A stretch of DNA of 64,000 nt. Source: Octopus vulgaris. Its lineage: Eukaryota. The notes below the pieces were generated by a model. The model searched no databases and was not told the origin of the DNA. It worked only from the letters and a program-made list of their open reading frames with translations. The stretch covers positions 13,950,001-14,014,000 of the forward strand of contig OX597816.1 of assembly GCA_951406725.2 (NCBI GenBank), read 5' to 3'. Made by a program: the position numbers and the translations under genes. Every line of letters starts with the position of its first letter. Position 1 is the first letter of the stretch. This document shows positions 1-12,770 of the stretch, piece by piece.

Positions 1-65
1 CTCTCTAAAAATGCATATATATTTATTTCCCTTACAACCCGAGCAACGCCAGGCGATACTGCTAG
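1..65 (+). mobile_element. 3' end of a non-autonomous Helitron (cut by the window edge)
   Basis: CCCGAGCAACGCCAGGCGATACTGCTAG|T terminus, matching the copy ending at 49406. Confidence 0.75.
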
Positions 66-311
66 TATAATATATGTATGTATGTATGTGTGTGTCTTGG
101 CCACACTCGATAATGAGGAGGCAGCTGTCATGTGTGTGTGTGTATATGTATGTGGTTTCATGAGTGTGCATAGTAAAAGTCAAAGTCTAAGCAAACATTT
201 TAACCTCAAGAAAATGAACTTTCTAAATATGGAAGGACAGAGTTTGCTAGAAATTAATAAATTGTATTCCATACAAAGAGTGGTCATGCAAGAGATACAA
301 TATATTGTGTT

Positions 312-808
312 GTGACCTCCTTCGGTCATGAATGACCATGGGATTGCTCCTAGAAAGTTACACTCCAAGGTTCAAGTCTGGGCAAGGTTGTTTATGGAAG
401 ACCAGCAGTCACCCATGCATACCGACCTACCCTCTCTATGCTACCAGTGTTATCTAAGGGAAAGGCAATGGTCGATACAGCTTGGCACCAGTGACGTCGC
501 AGCTCATTTATTAACGTACAAGTGGCTGAGCACTCCACAGACATGTGTACCCTTAATGTAGTTCTTGGGGAGATTCAGCGTGACACAGTGTCACAAGGCT
601 GGCCCTTTCAAATACAGGTACAACAGAAACAGGAAGAAAGAGTGAGAGAAAGTTGTGGTGAAAGAGTACAGCAAGGTTCACTACCACCCCCTGCTGGAGC
701 CTCGTGGAGCTTTAAGTGTTTTCGCTCAATGCCCGGTCTGGGAATCGAAACTGTGATCCTACAATTGCAAGTCTGCTGCCCTAACCACTGGGCCATTGTA
801 CCTCCACA
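312..808 (-). mobile_element. tRNA-head SINE family C with an alternative 3' tail
   Basis: Head TGGCCCAGTGGTTAGGGCAGC..GTTTCGATTCCC. Its tail matches the fragment at 28763-28835. Confidence 0.75.
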
Positions 809-1106
809 CAATATGTAGTAAGAAATATATATTAGTAAGAAGTTAATAGTGAAATAAATCTTTATATATGACAGATACACAGGTGCAATGAACAATAAGA
901 GCGAATTAGGAAATAGATTTTCTCAAATGGCCAGGAGGTTCTTTAGAGATAGTAGATAGCTTTTGTTACCTAGGTAACTTAATTAACAGTGGAAGGGGAT
1001 GTTTTGAAAGTATAGTAGCAAGAAGAGGCTAGAGAAAGTTCAAAGAGTTATTACCAATGTTAGCAGTAGATGCAGCATGGCTGAGTGGTTAAGGAGTTCT
1101 TTTATA

Positions 1107-1508
1107 GGTGCAGGAGTGGCTGTGTGGTAAGTAGCTTGCTAACCAACCACATGGTTCCGGGTTCGGTCCCACTGTGTGGCATCTTGGGTAAGTGTCTTCT
1201 GCTATAGCCCCGGGCCGACCAATGCCTTGTGAGTGGATTTGGTAGACGGAAACTGAAAGAAGCCTGTCGTATATATGTATATATATATGTATGTTTGTGT
1301 GTCTGTGTTTGTCCCCCTAGCATTGCTTGACAACCGATGCTGGTGTGTATACGTCCCCGTCACTTAGCAGTTTGGCAAAAGAGACCGATAGAATAGGTAC
1401 TGGGCTTACAAAGAATAAGTCCCGGGGTTGATTTGCTCGACTAAAGGCGGTGCTCCAGCTTGGCCGCAGTCAAATGACTGAAACAAGTAAAAGGGTAAAA
1501 GAGAGTAA
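1107..1508 (+). mobile_element. tRNA-head SINE family A, full length
   Basis: A box TGGCTGTGTGG, B box GGTTCGGTCCC, central (TA/TG)n, tail GTAAAAGAG. Many copies in the window. Confidence 0.85.
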
Positions 1509-2149
1509 ACGGTTTTATTTCTGAAAGTAAAATGTAAATTATATGACACCTGTAATCAAACTGCATTGTTGCATTGTCGTGAGACATGGATCCTTACATA
1601 GAACTTAAATAAAACTTAGATATGTTTCGACCAAAGATTGGTCCAGGCCATGTCTAATTTAATAGCACCACCTGATAGGATTATCTAAATCCTTTTTCAG
1701 TCAAGTTTTGTTTAAGGTCCATTCAAGTAGTGAGTTCTTGACTGAGCCTGAATGCAGAGGGCTTGCAAAGATGAGAAAGAAATGAAGCTTGTATGCTCTG
1801 CTGGATGCGTGTGACTGTGTGGTAAGATGCTTGCTTCCTAAACCACAAGGTTCAAAGTTCAGTCCCACTGCATTGCATCTTCGGCAAGTGTCTTCTACTA
1901 TAGCCTTTGGTTGACCCAAACCTTATGAAGGGATTTGGTAGACGGAAACTGAAAGAAGCCCAATGCAGATGTGTGTGTGTGTGTGTATGCTTGTGTGTCT
2001 GTGTTTGAAAGAAGCTGATTATAGATGTCTGTGTGTGTGTGCATACAAGTGAATAAACCAGTCAAGTCAATAAACATCTTTAAAATTGCATTTTCAAACC
2101 TTTTTTCATATACATATATATAAAAGATATATATATATATATATATATA

Positions 2150-2541
2150 CTAGCAGTATCGCCCGGCGTTGCTCGGGTTTGTTTAGTCCCTTTAGAATTG
2201 GAATTTTTGAAAAGTAAAAATTTTGCATTACGTAGCTTGTTATCTTCTTTAAGAGAACATTTTTCTGGTTGAAATACACTGAAAAATGGCGACACAGCAG
2301 TCAACAAATCGTAAAAAATAGGGATTTTCATAGAAAGAAAGCACCTTTTTGATGTAAATAATTTTTGGTGTTAAGATGGTCCGATTTGAATTTTTTCTTC
2401 ATCGGAAGGAAGAGCAAGCCTTCTTCTATCATACTCTCAATTTTGGTCAACTTGTGCCGCAGGGTCTCGGAGGAGATAGTGTTAGTTGAAGGATACCAAA
2501 CCTGCCACACACAGACAGACAACTTCAGCTTTATATATATA
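2150..2541 (-). mobile_element. Non-autonomous Helitron, first of a tandem pair
   Basis: Minus strand ends in hairpin CCCGAGCAACGCCGGG followed by CGATACTGCTAG|T. The body differs from the neighbouring copy. Confidence 0.75.
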
Positions 2542-2920
2542 CTAGCAGTATCGCCCGGCGTTGCTCAGGTTTGTAAGGGAAATAACTATAAAGCATTTTT
2601 AGAGAGTTATAGCCAAAAAATAACAAAAAAATGGAAAAAAATTATGGTAAGTTTTTTTTTTAGTTAAAAAAGGTGGAGTTGCGTCCCCTAGACAGTTTGC
2701 GGTTTGTGTTTCTGATTCTCGACCCCATGTCGAATTTATCGATTTTTCAGAACTGGGGGAACTTTTCAAAATTTTCGCTGCGTTAGTTTTGAATTATGAC
2801 ATTGGGCTATGTGTGTGTCAAGTTTCATCAGAATCGGTTGAAAGCCGTGGTCAGGGTGAGGGTACAAGCAAACAGACACACAGAAACACGCACAGACAAA
2901 CTGCCGTTTATATAGAGAGA
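2542..2920 (-). mobile_element. Non-autonomous Helitron, second of a tandem pair
   Basis: 5' A|TCTCTCTATATAAACGGCAG at 2920; 3' hairpin and CTAG at 2542. Confidence 0.75.
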
Positions 2921-3043
2921 TATATGTGTGTGTGTGTGTGTATGCATTGATGTAATAATAAGCGGTTCTATAAAGCTCGAAACATATGTACCGCAACATC
3001 CTTTATGGCCTGTTTTTCATTTTATTTCATTTTATTATATATA

Positions 3044-3104
<61 letters not shown>

Positions 3105-3449
3105 CTTCTTTCAGTTGGTGTCTATGAAAGCCACTCACAAGATCTGGGTTGGTCCTGGGCTATAGCAGATACTATGCAGGCAGTGGGATTGAACCCCCCA
3201 CCCCCCAATGCATGTGGTTCAGAACCAAGCTTCTTAACCACACAGTCACACATACTACATCTCCTCCCCAGAGGCATTCCAAAAACATATTGTGAAAATT
3301 AGTTCTGTGAATAATTAGAAACACAATATCCACGTGCGCATGTGTATGCGTCTGGCAAAGTGCTGCAAGGCACATGCAACACCGATGCAGAAAGGAGGAT
3401 GCATGATAGGCACAGAGTTTGTGCATGATAGGAAGATAGTCTGTATGCA

Positions 3450-4385
<936 letters not shown>

Positions 4386-4681
4386 TTAATATAAACAACA
4401 GTTTGCAATATTTCACCAAAAAGGAGAATTACAAATGTCACTAGATGTGACTAGGATGTTAGGAAACACCTATAATGCTAGAAATAACAGTTAAACCACT
4501 CTAATGCAGTAGTTTACACCCATGAATGAAATTTAGTAAAATTTGTATATATATGTATATAATATATATATATATACAATAATAAAAGGGTAAAATTAAT
4601 TAATTATTTAATTATTAATTAATAATTTTACCAAGTAGTGTTCAGTATGTAAAAAGACCAATTACGGTATATTTAAAACAT

Positions 4682-4824
4682 TACGTTATATAATTAGGGT
4701 TCAGTAAAAAAATTTACTTTACGACACACCGAACTTTTAATAGCTAAACTTTTTGGCTGCTATTTCTAAAAGTTCGGTGTGTGGTAAAGTAAATTTTTTT
4801 ACTGAACCCTAATTATATAACGTA
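4682..4824. repeat. Inverted repeat with 58-bp arms and a 27-nt spacer
   Basis: 4682-4739 versus 4767-4824, one mismatch. Confidence 0.9.
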
Positions 4825-4867
4825 TATATATATATATATATGTATATGTGTGTGTGTATGTATATAT

Positions 4868-4923
<56 letters not shown>

Positions 4924-4924
<1 letters not shown>

Positions 4925-5439
4925 TAGCAGTATCGCCCGGCGTTGCTCGGGTTTGTAAGGGAAATAACTATATAAGCATTTTTAGAGAGTTACTTCCCTT
5001 ATAGATGCCAATTCGGGCTTTCTTAGCCATTTCTGTTTTGGTGTCTTCAAGCCATGAAGTCGTTGTTCTAAAAGAACGCTGGTCTCCTTGACAACGCATT
5101 ACGACGTTGATTTCCTTAAACTCCCTTCCCCACAGCTTCACGAGGGAGGGAAGAAGGGGAGAAGCAAACACAGGTGCAGGTGTTTGAGCGTGGACGCCAA
5201 CTCCGCCGCCATCGACACACGAAAAATTATGCATTAAAATGGAATAAAAAATGATGTTAAATTATTTTTAAAATCGTAGACTCATCGTAGACACGCGCTA
5301 ATAGCCAGATGGGCTCGATATTAATCACGACTATAAGATACCCGAATTTGGTTAAACTGCACCACAAAATGTGGGAGGAGTTAGGAATCTAAATCGTAGG
5401 AGACAGACACTCACACAACTACAGTTTTATATATATAGA
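4924..5439 (-). mobile_element. Non-autonomous Helitron, 516 bp
   Basis: A|TCTATATATATAAAACTGTAG ... hairpin-CTAG|T with no TSD. Highly similar to 48912-49406. Confidence 0.85.
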
Positions 5440-5455
5440 TATATGTATATATGTA

Positions 5456-5661
5456 TACTTTTACTTGTTTCAGTCATTTGACTGTGGCCATGCTGGAGCA
5501 CCACCTTTAGTTGAGCAAATCGACCCCAGGAATTATTCTTTGAAAGCCTAGTACTTATTCTTTTTGTCCCTTTTGCCAAACTGCTAAGTTACGGGGACAT
5601 AAACACACCAGTGTCGTTTGTCAAGCGATGGTGGGGGGACAAACACAGACACACAAACACC

Positions 5662-5693
<32 letters not shown>

Positions 5694-5844
5694 CGATGGT
5701 CTTCTTTCAGTTTCCATCTACCAAATTCACTCACTAGGCCTCGGTCAGCTCAAGGCTGTAGTAGAACACTTAACCAAGGTGCCATGCAGTAGGACTGAAC
5801 CCGGAACCATGTGGTTGGTTAGCAAGTTACTTACCACACAACCA
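5456..5844 (-). mobile_element. SINE family A
   Basis: Reverse-complement match to 1107-1508; the mariner abuts its head. Confidence 0.85.
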
Positions 5845-5851
5845 ATATATA

Positions 5852-7148
5852 CGAGGGGTGTTCAATAAGTAATGCCTCTGACCCACTTGCAGTTGTTTGA
5901 TCTAGGTGAAAATTTACATGTGCAATTATTTATATCTCTATAGATTAAGTGGCAAATTGCAGCTCTGAACTAATTGTGGTTTCTGATATACAGGTGTTTG
6001 AACTGAGTCAAGTGTGAAATGGAGCCTGTTGAGTGTCGAGCAGTGATCCGGTTTTTGTATTTGAAAGGACGCACACCATGGGAGACTTTTGATGAAATGA
6101 AAGTAACTTATGGTGATGATGCCCCATCATATGACCTTGTAAAACGCTGGCATCATGAATTCAAACATGGTTGGAACTCTGTGGAAACAGCTCCCAGATC
6201 TGGTCGCCCCCCACTTCTGCCATTGATGAGGCATCTGTCCATCAACTTGAGGCTGCCATTTTGGAAGATCGATGCATAACTATTCGCCAAATAGCCCATG
6301 AGGTCAAGTTTAGTACCGGGTCTGTGGAAACTATCATTCATGACCATTTGCATATGCAAAAGGTGTCTGCCAGATGGATTCCCAGGTTGCTCACACCTTT
6401 CCAAAAGCAAGAACGCGTCGAGGAGTGCTCGAGGATGAATTTGGAGATGTGCCAAGAAGATGAGTCAAAATTTTTCAAAAGACTGATTACACAGGATGAA
6501 ACCTGGGTCCATCACTATGATCCAGAGACCAAAGCCCAGTCAATGCAGTGGAAGCACCGTGACTCACCTCCTCCAAAGAAGGCAAGGGTGCAGCCCTCCG
6601 CTGGCAAGGTCATGCTCACAGTCTTCTGGGACCAGGACAGAGTAGTGATGACGGATTTCCTGGCAAAGGGTACCACAATTACAGGAGCCTATTATGCTTC
6701 ACTTTTGAGGAAATTAAGAGAAGCTATCAAAATCAAGAGGCGGGGCAAGATCAGCAAAGGCATCCTCCTCCTGCAGGACAATGCTCCGGTCTACAACTCG
6801 CGTGTCACCAGATCAGAAGCACAGGCGTGTGGCTATGAACTCCTCCCCCATCCCCCTACTCTCCTGACCTTGCACCCTCTGATTTTCACCTCTTCCCAGC
6901 CATGAAGTTGTTTTTGAAAGGAAAGCGTTTCCCAGATGATGCAGCCTTGATTTCTGAAGTCATGTCGTGGTTGGAGTACCAAGCTGGGGTCTTCTACAAA
7001 AACGATCTCCAGAGTTGCATCAAACGATGGGAGAAATGTGTAACTCTGAGTGGTTCCTATGTAGAAAAAGGCTAATAACTGCGCTAAGTTTCGTTGCTCT
7101 ACTGCTATGGGAAGTGGGTCAGGGGCATTACTTATTGAATGCCCCTCG
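5852..7148 (+). mobile_element. Full-length mariner (DD34D) DNA transposon, 1297 bp
   Basis: 37-bp TIRs (CGAGGGGTGTTCAATAAGTAATGCCTCTGACCCACTT; 3 mismatches between ends), TA flanks at 5850-5851 and 7149-7150, transposase inside. Confidence 0.95.
6019..7075 (+). pseudogene. Mariner transposase split by two frameshifts
   Basis: Three frames together give an HTH N-terminus, WIPRLL, ITQDETW, QDNAP and YSPDLAPSD..KRWEKCV..GSYVEKG*. There are 34 residues between the 2nd and 3rd Asp. The shifts lie in C runs at 6207-6212 and 6852-6856. Confidence 0.9.
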
Positions 7149-7187
<39 letters not shown>

Positions 7188-7883
7188 ATACATATATATA
7201 TATACATTTACATGTATAATATGTATGTATACATGCATACATGCATACATACATATGATATATATGTATATATATATATATATATTAATAATACTAAAAC
7301 TGTAGATGATCTTTGTTTTTCTCGAAATATCTCAGAAATAGTATATTTTATCTTAATTTTTTTAACAGGATCAATGGGCCACGCTTTCGCGGTCCGTATT
7401 CGTACTGAAAATCGAGATCGAGCAAGCTTTTGCTTACTTTATGCAGTGCAGTATGAGGTTTCCTGATATTTGGACCCCTATTTATTAATGAAAATGATTA
7501 AACACGATTTTTGTTTGTTATTTCTTGACAAAAAAATATACCTTCCAAGACATCAACACACACACACACATGCAGAATACACACACATATAATGAACGTC
7601 ATGGCATGTGAATCAACACAAACATATGTACGCTATCTGTGACATATACACATACATAGTCCCCACACTCTCTCTCTCTCTATCACACTTTAAGAAAAAA
7701 TAAAAGCGTCAATTTTTTTATGTACACACATGCTGACATAGAGAAACATCTTTTTCGTGGAGATTACTTATCATTTCATCACTTTGGATTTTATTCCATT
7801 TGATTCATTTGACATTTGTCATCTCATTGTTGTTTTGATTTTCCTTATACAACATTACATAGAAAAATAAGCACTGATCATTT

Positions 7884-8699
7884 ATGCCACTTGGAAAGAG
7901 ACGGGCACCACTTGATTCACTTGAACTGTCTGGATTACCACCACACAATCTTGAATTGAAGAGAGGATCTCCGATAAATTCAATGAGAAACTTAGATCCT
8001 CCAAGGCTTTGCGATAGAACATGGATGATTGTACATGTAACGTATGGGAATCTAATCATAGCAAAGATCAATATTGGTGCATTTGAAAATGACATTGTTA
8101 TGATTCCTAGAATGAAACTTAATACATCAGAAGGTGAAGATATACCTATTCAACGAACCCAGTTCTCGATACAGTCATGTTTTGCAATTACAGTACATAA
8201 AGCACAAGGACAGACCATACAGAATATTTTGATTTATCTTGAAAAACCAGTATTCCAGCATGGCCAGCTGTATGTGGCTATAAACTTAGGAATCATCATC
8301 ATCGTTTAACGTCCGTTCTCCATGCTAGCATGGGTTGGTTGGTTCAACTGGGGTCTGGGAAGCCAGAAGGCTGCACCAGGCCCAGTCTGATTTGGCAATG
8401 TTTCTACACCTGGATGCCCTTCCTAATGCCAACCACTCCGAGAGTGTAGTGGGTGCTTTTTACGTGCCAGGTGAGGCTGGCAAACGGCCACGATCGGATG
8501 GTGCTTTTTACGTGCCACCGGCACGAAGGCCAGGCGAGGCTGTCAACGGCTACGGATGGTGCTTTTTACATGCCACGGCATGGAGGCCAATCGGGGCGGC
8601 ACTGGAATAAGGAATGAAAATGTTAAAGTATTTTTGAAGGAAGGCAGGTCTACCAGAAATGTTGTCATAAAAATTGTTCTTAAAATAACCAAGAGGTAA
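7884..8699 (+). pseudogene. Helitron Rep/PIF1 helicase C-terminal remnant, interrupted by an RTE-tail insertion
   Basis: SGLPPHNLELKRGSPI..RNLDPPRLC..IPRMKL..RTQFSIQSCFAITVHKAQGQT..VFQHGQLYVA. After the insert at 8294-8603 the frame resumes as RNENVKVFLKEGRSTRNVVIKIVLK. Confidence 0.85.
8294..8603 (-). mobile_element. RTE 3'-UTR element (family D)
   Basis: (GAT)n tail and AGGAAGGGCATCCAG motif; GGAAT duplicated at 8289-8293 and 8604-8608. Confidence 0.8.
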
Positions 8700-8952
8700 A
8701 GTTGTTTCTATTCTTTATTACATTCTTTATTACATTCTTTAAACATTATCAATATCCTTTCAGACAGTGTATTCATACTCACAATTTCCTGCAGACACTA
8801 AATTGATTACTATTTTTTGGATAGTTCCAATTAAATAAGTCCAGAAGTTAGGTTAAATATATATACATGCATAAGAACCATAAATTCCCAGTCTACAAAC
8901 TGGCAAACAATTCTGTGACCACTTTATCAGGCAACACTGGGTAGTAAGTCTA

Positions 8953-9835
8953 TCATCATCATCATCATCATTATCATTGTCATCATTTAACATCTGCTTT
9001 CCATGGTGGCATGGGTTGGACGGTTTGACTGAGGACCGGCAAGCCAGAAGGCTGTACCAGGCTCCAGTCTTATCTGGCAAGGTTTCTACAGCTGGATGCC
9101 CTTCCTAATGCCAACCACTCCGAGAGTGTAGTGGGTGCTTTTTACATGCCAGTCAGGCGGTAATGGCATCGACCACGCTTGAATGGTGCTTTTTACATGC
9201 CACTGGCATGGGTGCAGGGTCAGGTAGTACTGGCATCAGCCACGACAATGACTTTGCTTGACTCAACAGGTCTTCACAAGAGCAGCTTATTGCCCAATGA
9301 TTGAAGGGTGCTCTTAAATGAGCTGGTTATGCTGCACTGGCATAGTTTCACTTGGTCTTCTCAAGCACAGTATATTTCCAAAAGTCTCAGTCACTAGTCA
9401 TTGTCTTGGTGAGGCCTAATGTTTGAAGGTTGTGCTTCACCACTTCATCCCAGTCTTCCTGGGTCTACCTCTTCCACAGGTTCCTTCAACTGCTAGGGTG
9501 TGACACTTTTTCAAACAGCTACCCTCATCCATTCTCACCACATGACCACACCAGCACAGTCGTCTCTCTTGCACACCACATCTGATGCTTCTTAGGTCCA
9601 ACTTTTCTCTCAAAGTACTTACACTCTGTCGTGTATGCACACTGACATTACACATCCATCGGAGCATACTGACTTCATTCCTTGCGAGCTTACGCATATC
9701 CTCAGCAGCCACGGCCCATGTTTCACTGCCATGTAGCATGGCTGTTCATACACATGCATCATACAGTCTACCTTTTACTCTGAGCGAGAGGCCCTTCGTC
9801 ACCAGCAGTGGTAAGAGCTCTCTGAACTTTGCCCA
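8953..9835 (-). mobile_element. 5'-truncated RTE-clade LINE (ORF C-terminus, 3' UTR and (GAT)n tail)
   Basis: WAKFRELLPLL..KGRLYDACV..MLHGSETWAV..MLRWMC..RRLCWCGHVVRM..GRGRPRKT, followed by a 3' UTR containing GGCATTAGGAAGGGCATCCAGC and a GAT-repeat tail. Confidence 0.9.
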
Positions 9836-9886
9836 TATATATATATATATATATACAAATGACTGAAACCAAGTAAAGAGGAGAAA

Positions 9887-9934
<48 letters not shown>

Positions 9935-11968
9935 AGTGTCTTTCAGTTTCCTTCTACCAAAACCACTCACAAGGTTTTGATTTAGACCAAATCTATGGGA
10001 GAAGGCACTTGTCCAACGTGCTATGCAGTGAAATTGAACCTGGAACCATGTGGTTGGGAAGTAAACTTCTTACCACACAGCTATGCTTGTTTAAATTTAT
10101 TTACTTTTACTTTTATTTTTTTTCTTTTATTCTTCCTGTTATTGTCCATTTATTTTCGTAAATTGAATCCTCTTGTAGTTTTATAATTACTGTTAAAAAA
10201 AGTGCATTTTGCATGTTGTTTTACAGTAAAAAAGTTATTGAGATAATTTATTTAAAATATTTTCTATAAAATATTTAAACTATTCTCTATAAACAGAAAT
10301 TATATGACAAAAACCCCACCAAAAATTCATGGAAAGCTTATTCAATTTTGTGATCATTTTATCACATTTATAAGTAAATTGAAATCTTAAAAATTTAAAT
10401 ACCTGCTGCTTCCTATGCAGGAGTGGTGCTTCAGTTTAAATTAAATCAAATTAATTAATTAATTAATTAGTTAGTTAGTTAATTAATTAATTAATTTAGT
10501 TATTGTTGTGGGAGTGACGAAATAGGAAATTGCAACTAAATTTTTCTAAAAATCACAAGCTATTTTATAACAATAAGTTTAACAGGGTACGAAACCGAAT
10601 ACCAGATTTTACTGTCCCCTAAAGTTATTACAAGTCAACGACGCACATTTTGAGTTGCTGAGATTTCAAAGGATAAAAACAGGTTTCTATATATTTGTAT
10701 AAGGTCACTTGTCGAGCAGAAAATATAGTACACTGAATTGATTCGTTATATTATTGGTAATTATTCTACTGGCCCCGGAGAAGTTAAGCACAAAATCAAC
10801 ACCCCACTCCTTTTTTTTAAAGGTATTGTCAGTGCCCTTTGTTTAGATGAGGCATAGGCAATTTTTCTTGAGAAGCGGGCCGCATATGAGACAGAGCTCA
10901 GAATCAGGTTGGCTGCAAGAGCGTCACTCAAAGTCCCCCGGGCCGCAAGTTGCCCACGACTGGTTTAGATTGAAGGGTAATGGATAACAACAACAAAAAA
11001 GTTTAGCGTAACAAGGAAATATTCTGATCATATTTATATACAAAAGAAAATTTAAACTGTGTTCAGGTCATGCGGTCCTTGCTCTGGAATCGAAACTGCG
11101 TCGTGGAAGATTACTCCTGTATAACTCGCTAAAGTTCTACGTTCAGGAATGCACGTTTGCCACAGCCAAGGCGAAGGTCGAATTCGATAATCGCTTCTCT
11201 TGATGAGCAGAAGCGACAGAACATGTAGTAAACTAAAACAATTATCCGTCTGAAATGGGTTTCGTTATTACAATAATAAGTTTAAAAATAAAAACTTAAT
11301 AGCTAATAAAAAGTTTCTTTGGACTAAATTAATTAAATAATATAAGTTTATACTTTCTTTTAAATTTCAACATGAACATTATCGAATCAACGATGACGTA
11401 ATTATGAAATTAATTGCTAATATAACATTTATTTGAAAAACAAATTTACAACAAAAACTCTTAATTAATAAATTAAATATTTTATTAACATATATATATA
11501 TATATCTATCTATAATTATATTTAAAAACATATCTTTGTAAGCCAGAATCAGCACAATTTCGAACCGTAATGAATGTGCCATTTCAGGTTTTATAATAAC
11601 TGTAGTTCTTTAACCTCTGGAGGTCATTGTGACATCTTACAACCTTGAAATTAACGAAGGTAAAGGACACCTCACCTTCAATCGAGTGGGTTGTTTTTCC
11701 GTCGGAAAAAACTGAAATGGGGAAACGACAACAACAAATTTTACTAAAAGGATTCACTTCAATTATTAACTGACATCTTTAAGTCATCAGTTGTGTAAAA
11801 AGATTCTTTAAAACCGCTTCGTGTTTTGTTGCTGTTATCGTCATAGCAGCCCACTTACTGCTTCTGTTTCGTTTTACCGCTGACGAATTGTCAAATAGTG
11901 AGGATTCCGCTTCGAGCAGGACTACATTGCTGCGAAAACCCCCACACACAAACACAGACCTATATCTA

Positions 11969-12003
<35 letters not shown>

Positions 12004-12229
12004 GCACTTACATACATATATGTAAAATATGCGCGATCACTCCGACGCACCAAACTGTCAAAATGAAATATAGTCGTCAGTGGGGGTAGGAAAATGCATA
12101 ATTAAAATGTACTAGTAGTGCTAAAGTGAATTATTTTGTATCTGCGTGCTTAGTAGATCTGTATATATTAAAAGAGAGAGAGTGATAGAAAGAGACAGAG
12201 AGAGAGAGAGACAGAGGAAAACAGAAACA

Positions 12230-12770
12230 GTGAGGCCTTCCGTGCGCAAAGAGCGATAGTGGGCTTGGGCTTACACAAATCTTTAATCTATCACTAAACA
12301 CAGATTTCTACGCGGATCCTTCACCTTCATTGAAAACGTCCATGAAGGTTTGTGTTTTCTATTTTGCTTGGATATAATACAAAGCTTGCTTACGCCGGGA
12401 ATATTTCGAATTTCTACCATACCTTGTACAATATAGCGAACGTTTTTTTTTTTGTTTGCTGCTGATCAGAATACGTGAAGGTAATAATATATATTTATAT
12501 AAAACATATGCCTACTGTTAACCTATGGAAAAATATATTTCTTTTCTGTGAATGTGAAATTAAAATAAAGAAAGAAAGAAAAGAACACAGAGAACCTGTT
12601 AGAACGAATTTGTAAACGCTTGACTGATAAATACACACTTTTATTTAATATAAATGTTCTGATGTCGATGTTAATTTAGAAGTTAATTTCCTCAGACTTT
12701 CTCGTGTATTTTTCGCTGAAGACTACTGATCAATGGTCTTATCAGTTATGACGGATTTTCTTCAATTGCC
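12230..12770 (+). promoter_or_regulatory. Putative 5' UTR and first intron of the PPP1R3 gene
   Basis: CpG-retaining region. Candidate donors AAG|GTTTGT (12348) and AAG|GTAATA (12481); candidate acceptor TTAATTTCCTCAG| (12695) 75 nt upstream of the ATG. No transcript evidence. Confidence 0.45.

Noticed and set aside
4968-5234. 88-aa ORF duplicated at 49099-49362
   Set aside because: Lies inside two copies of the same non-autonomous Helitron; no recognisable domain.
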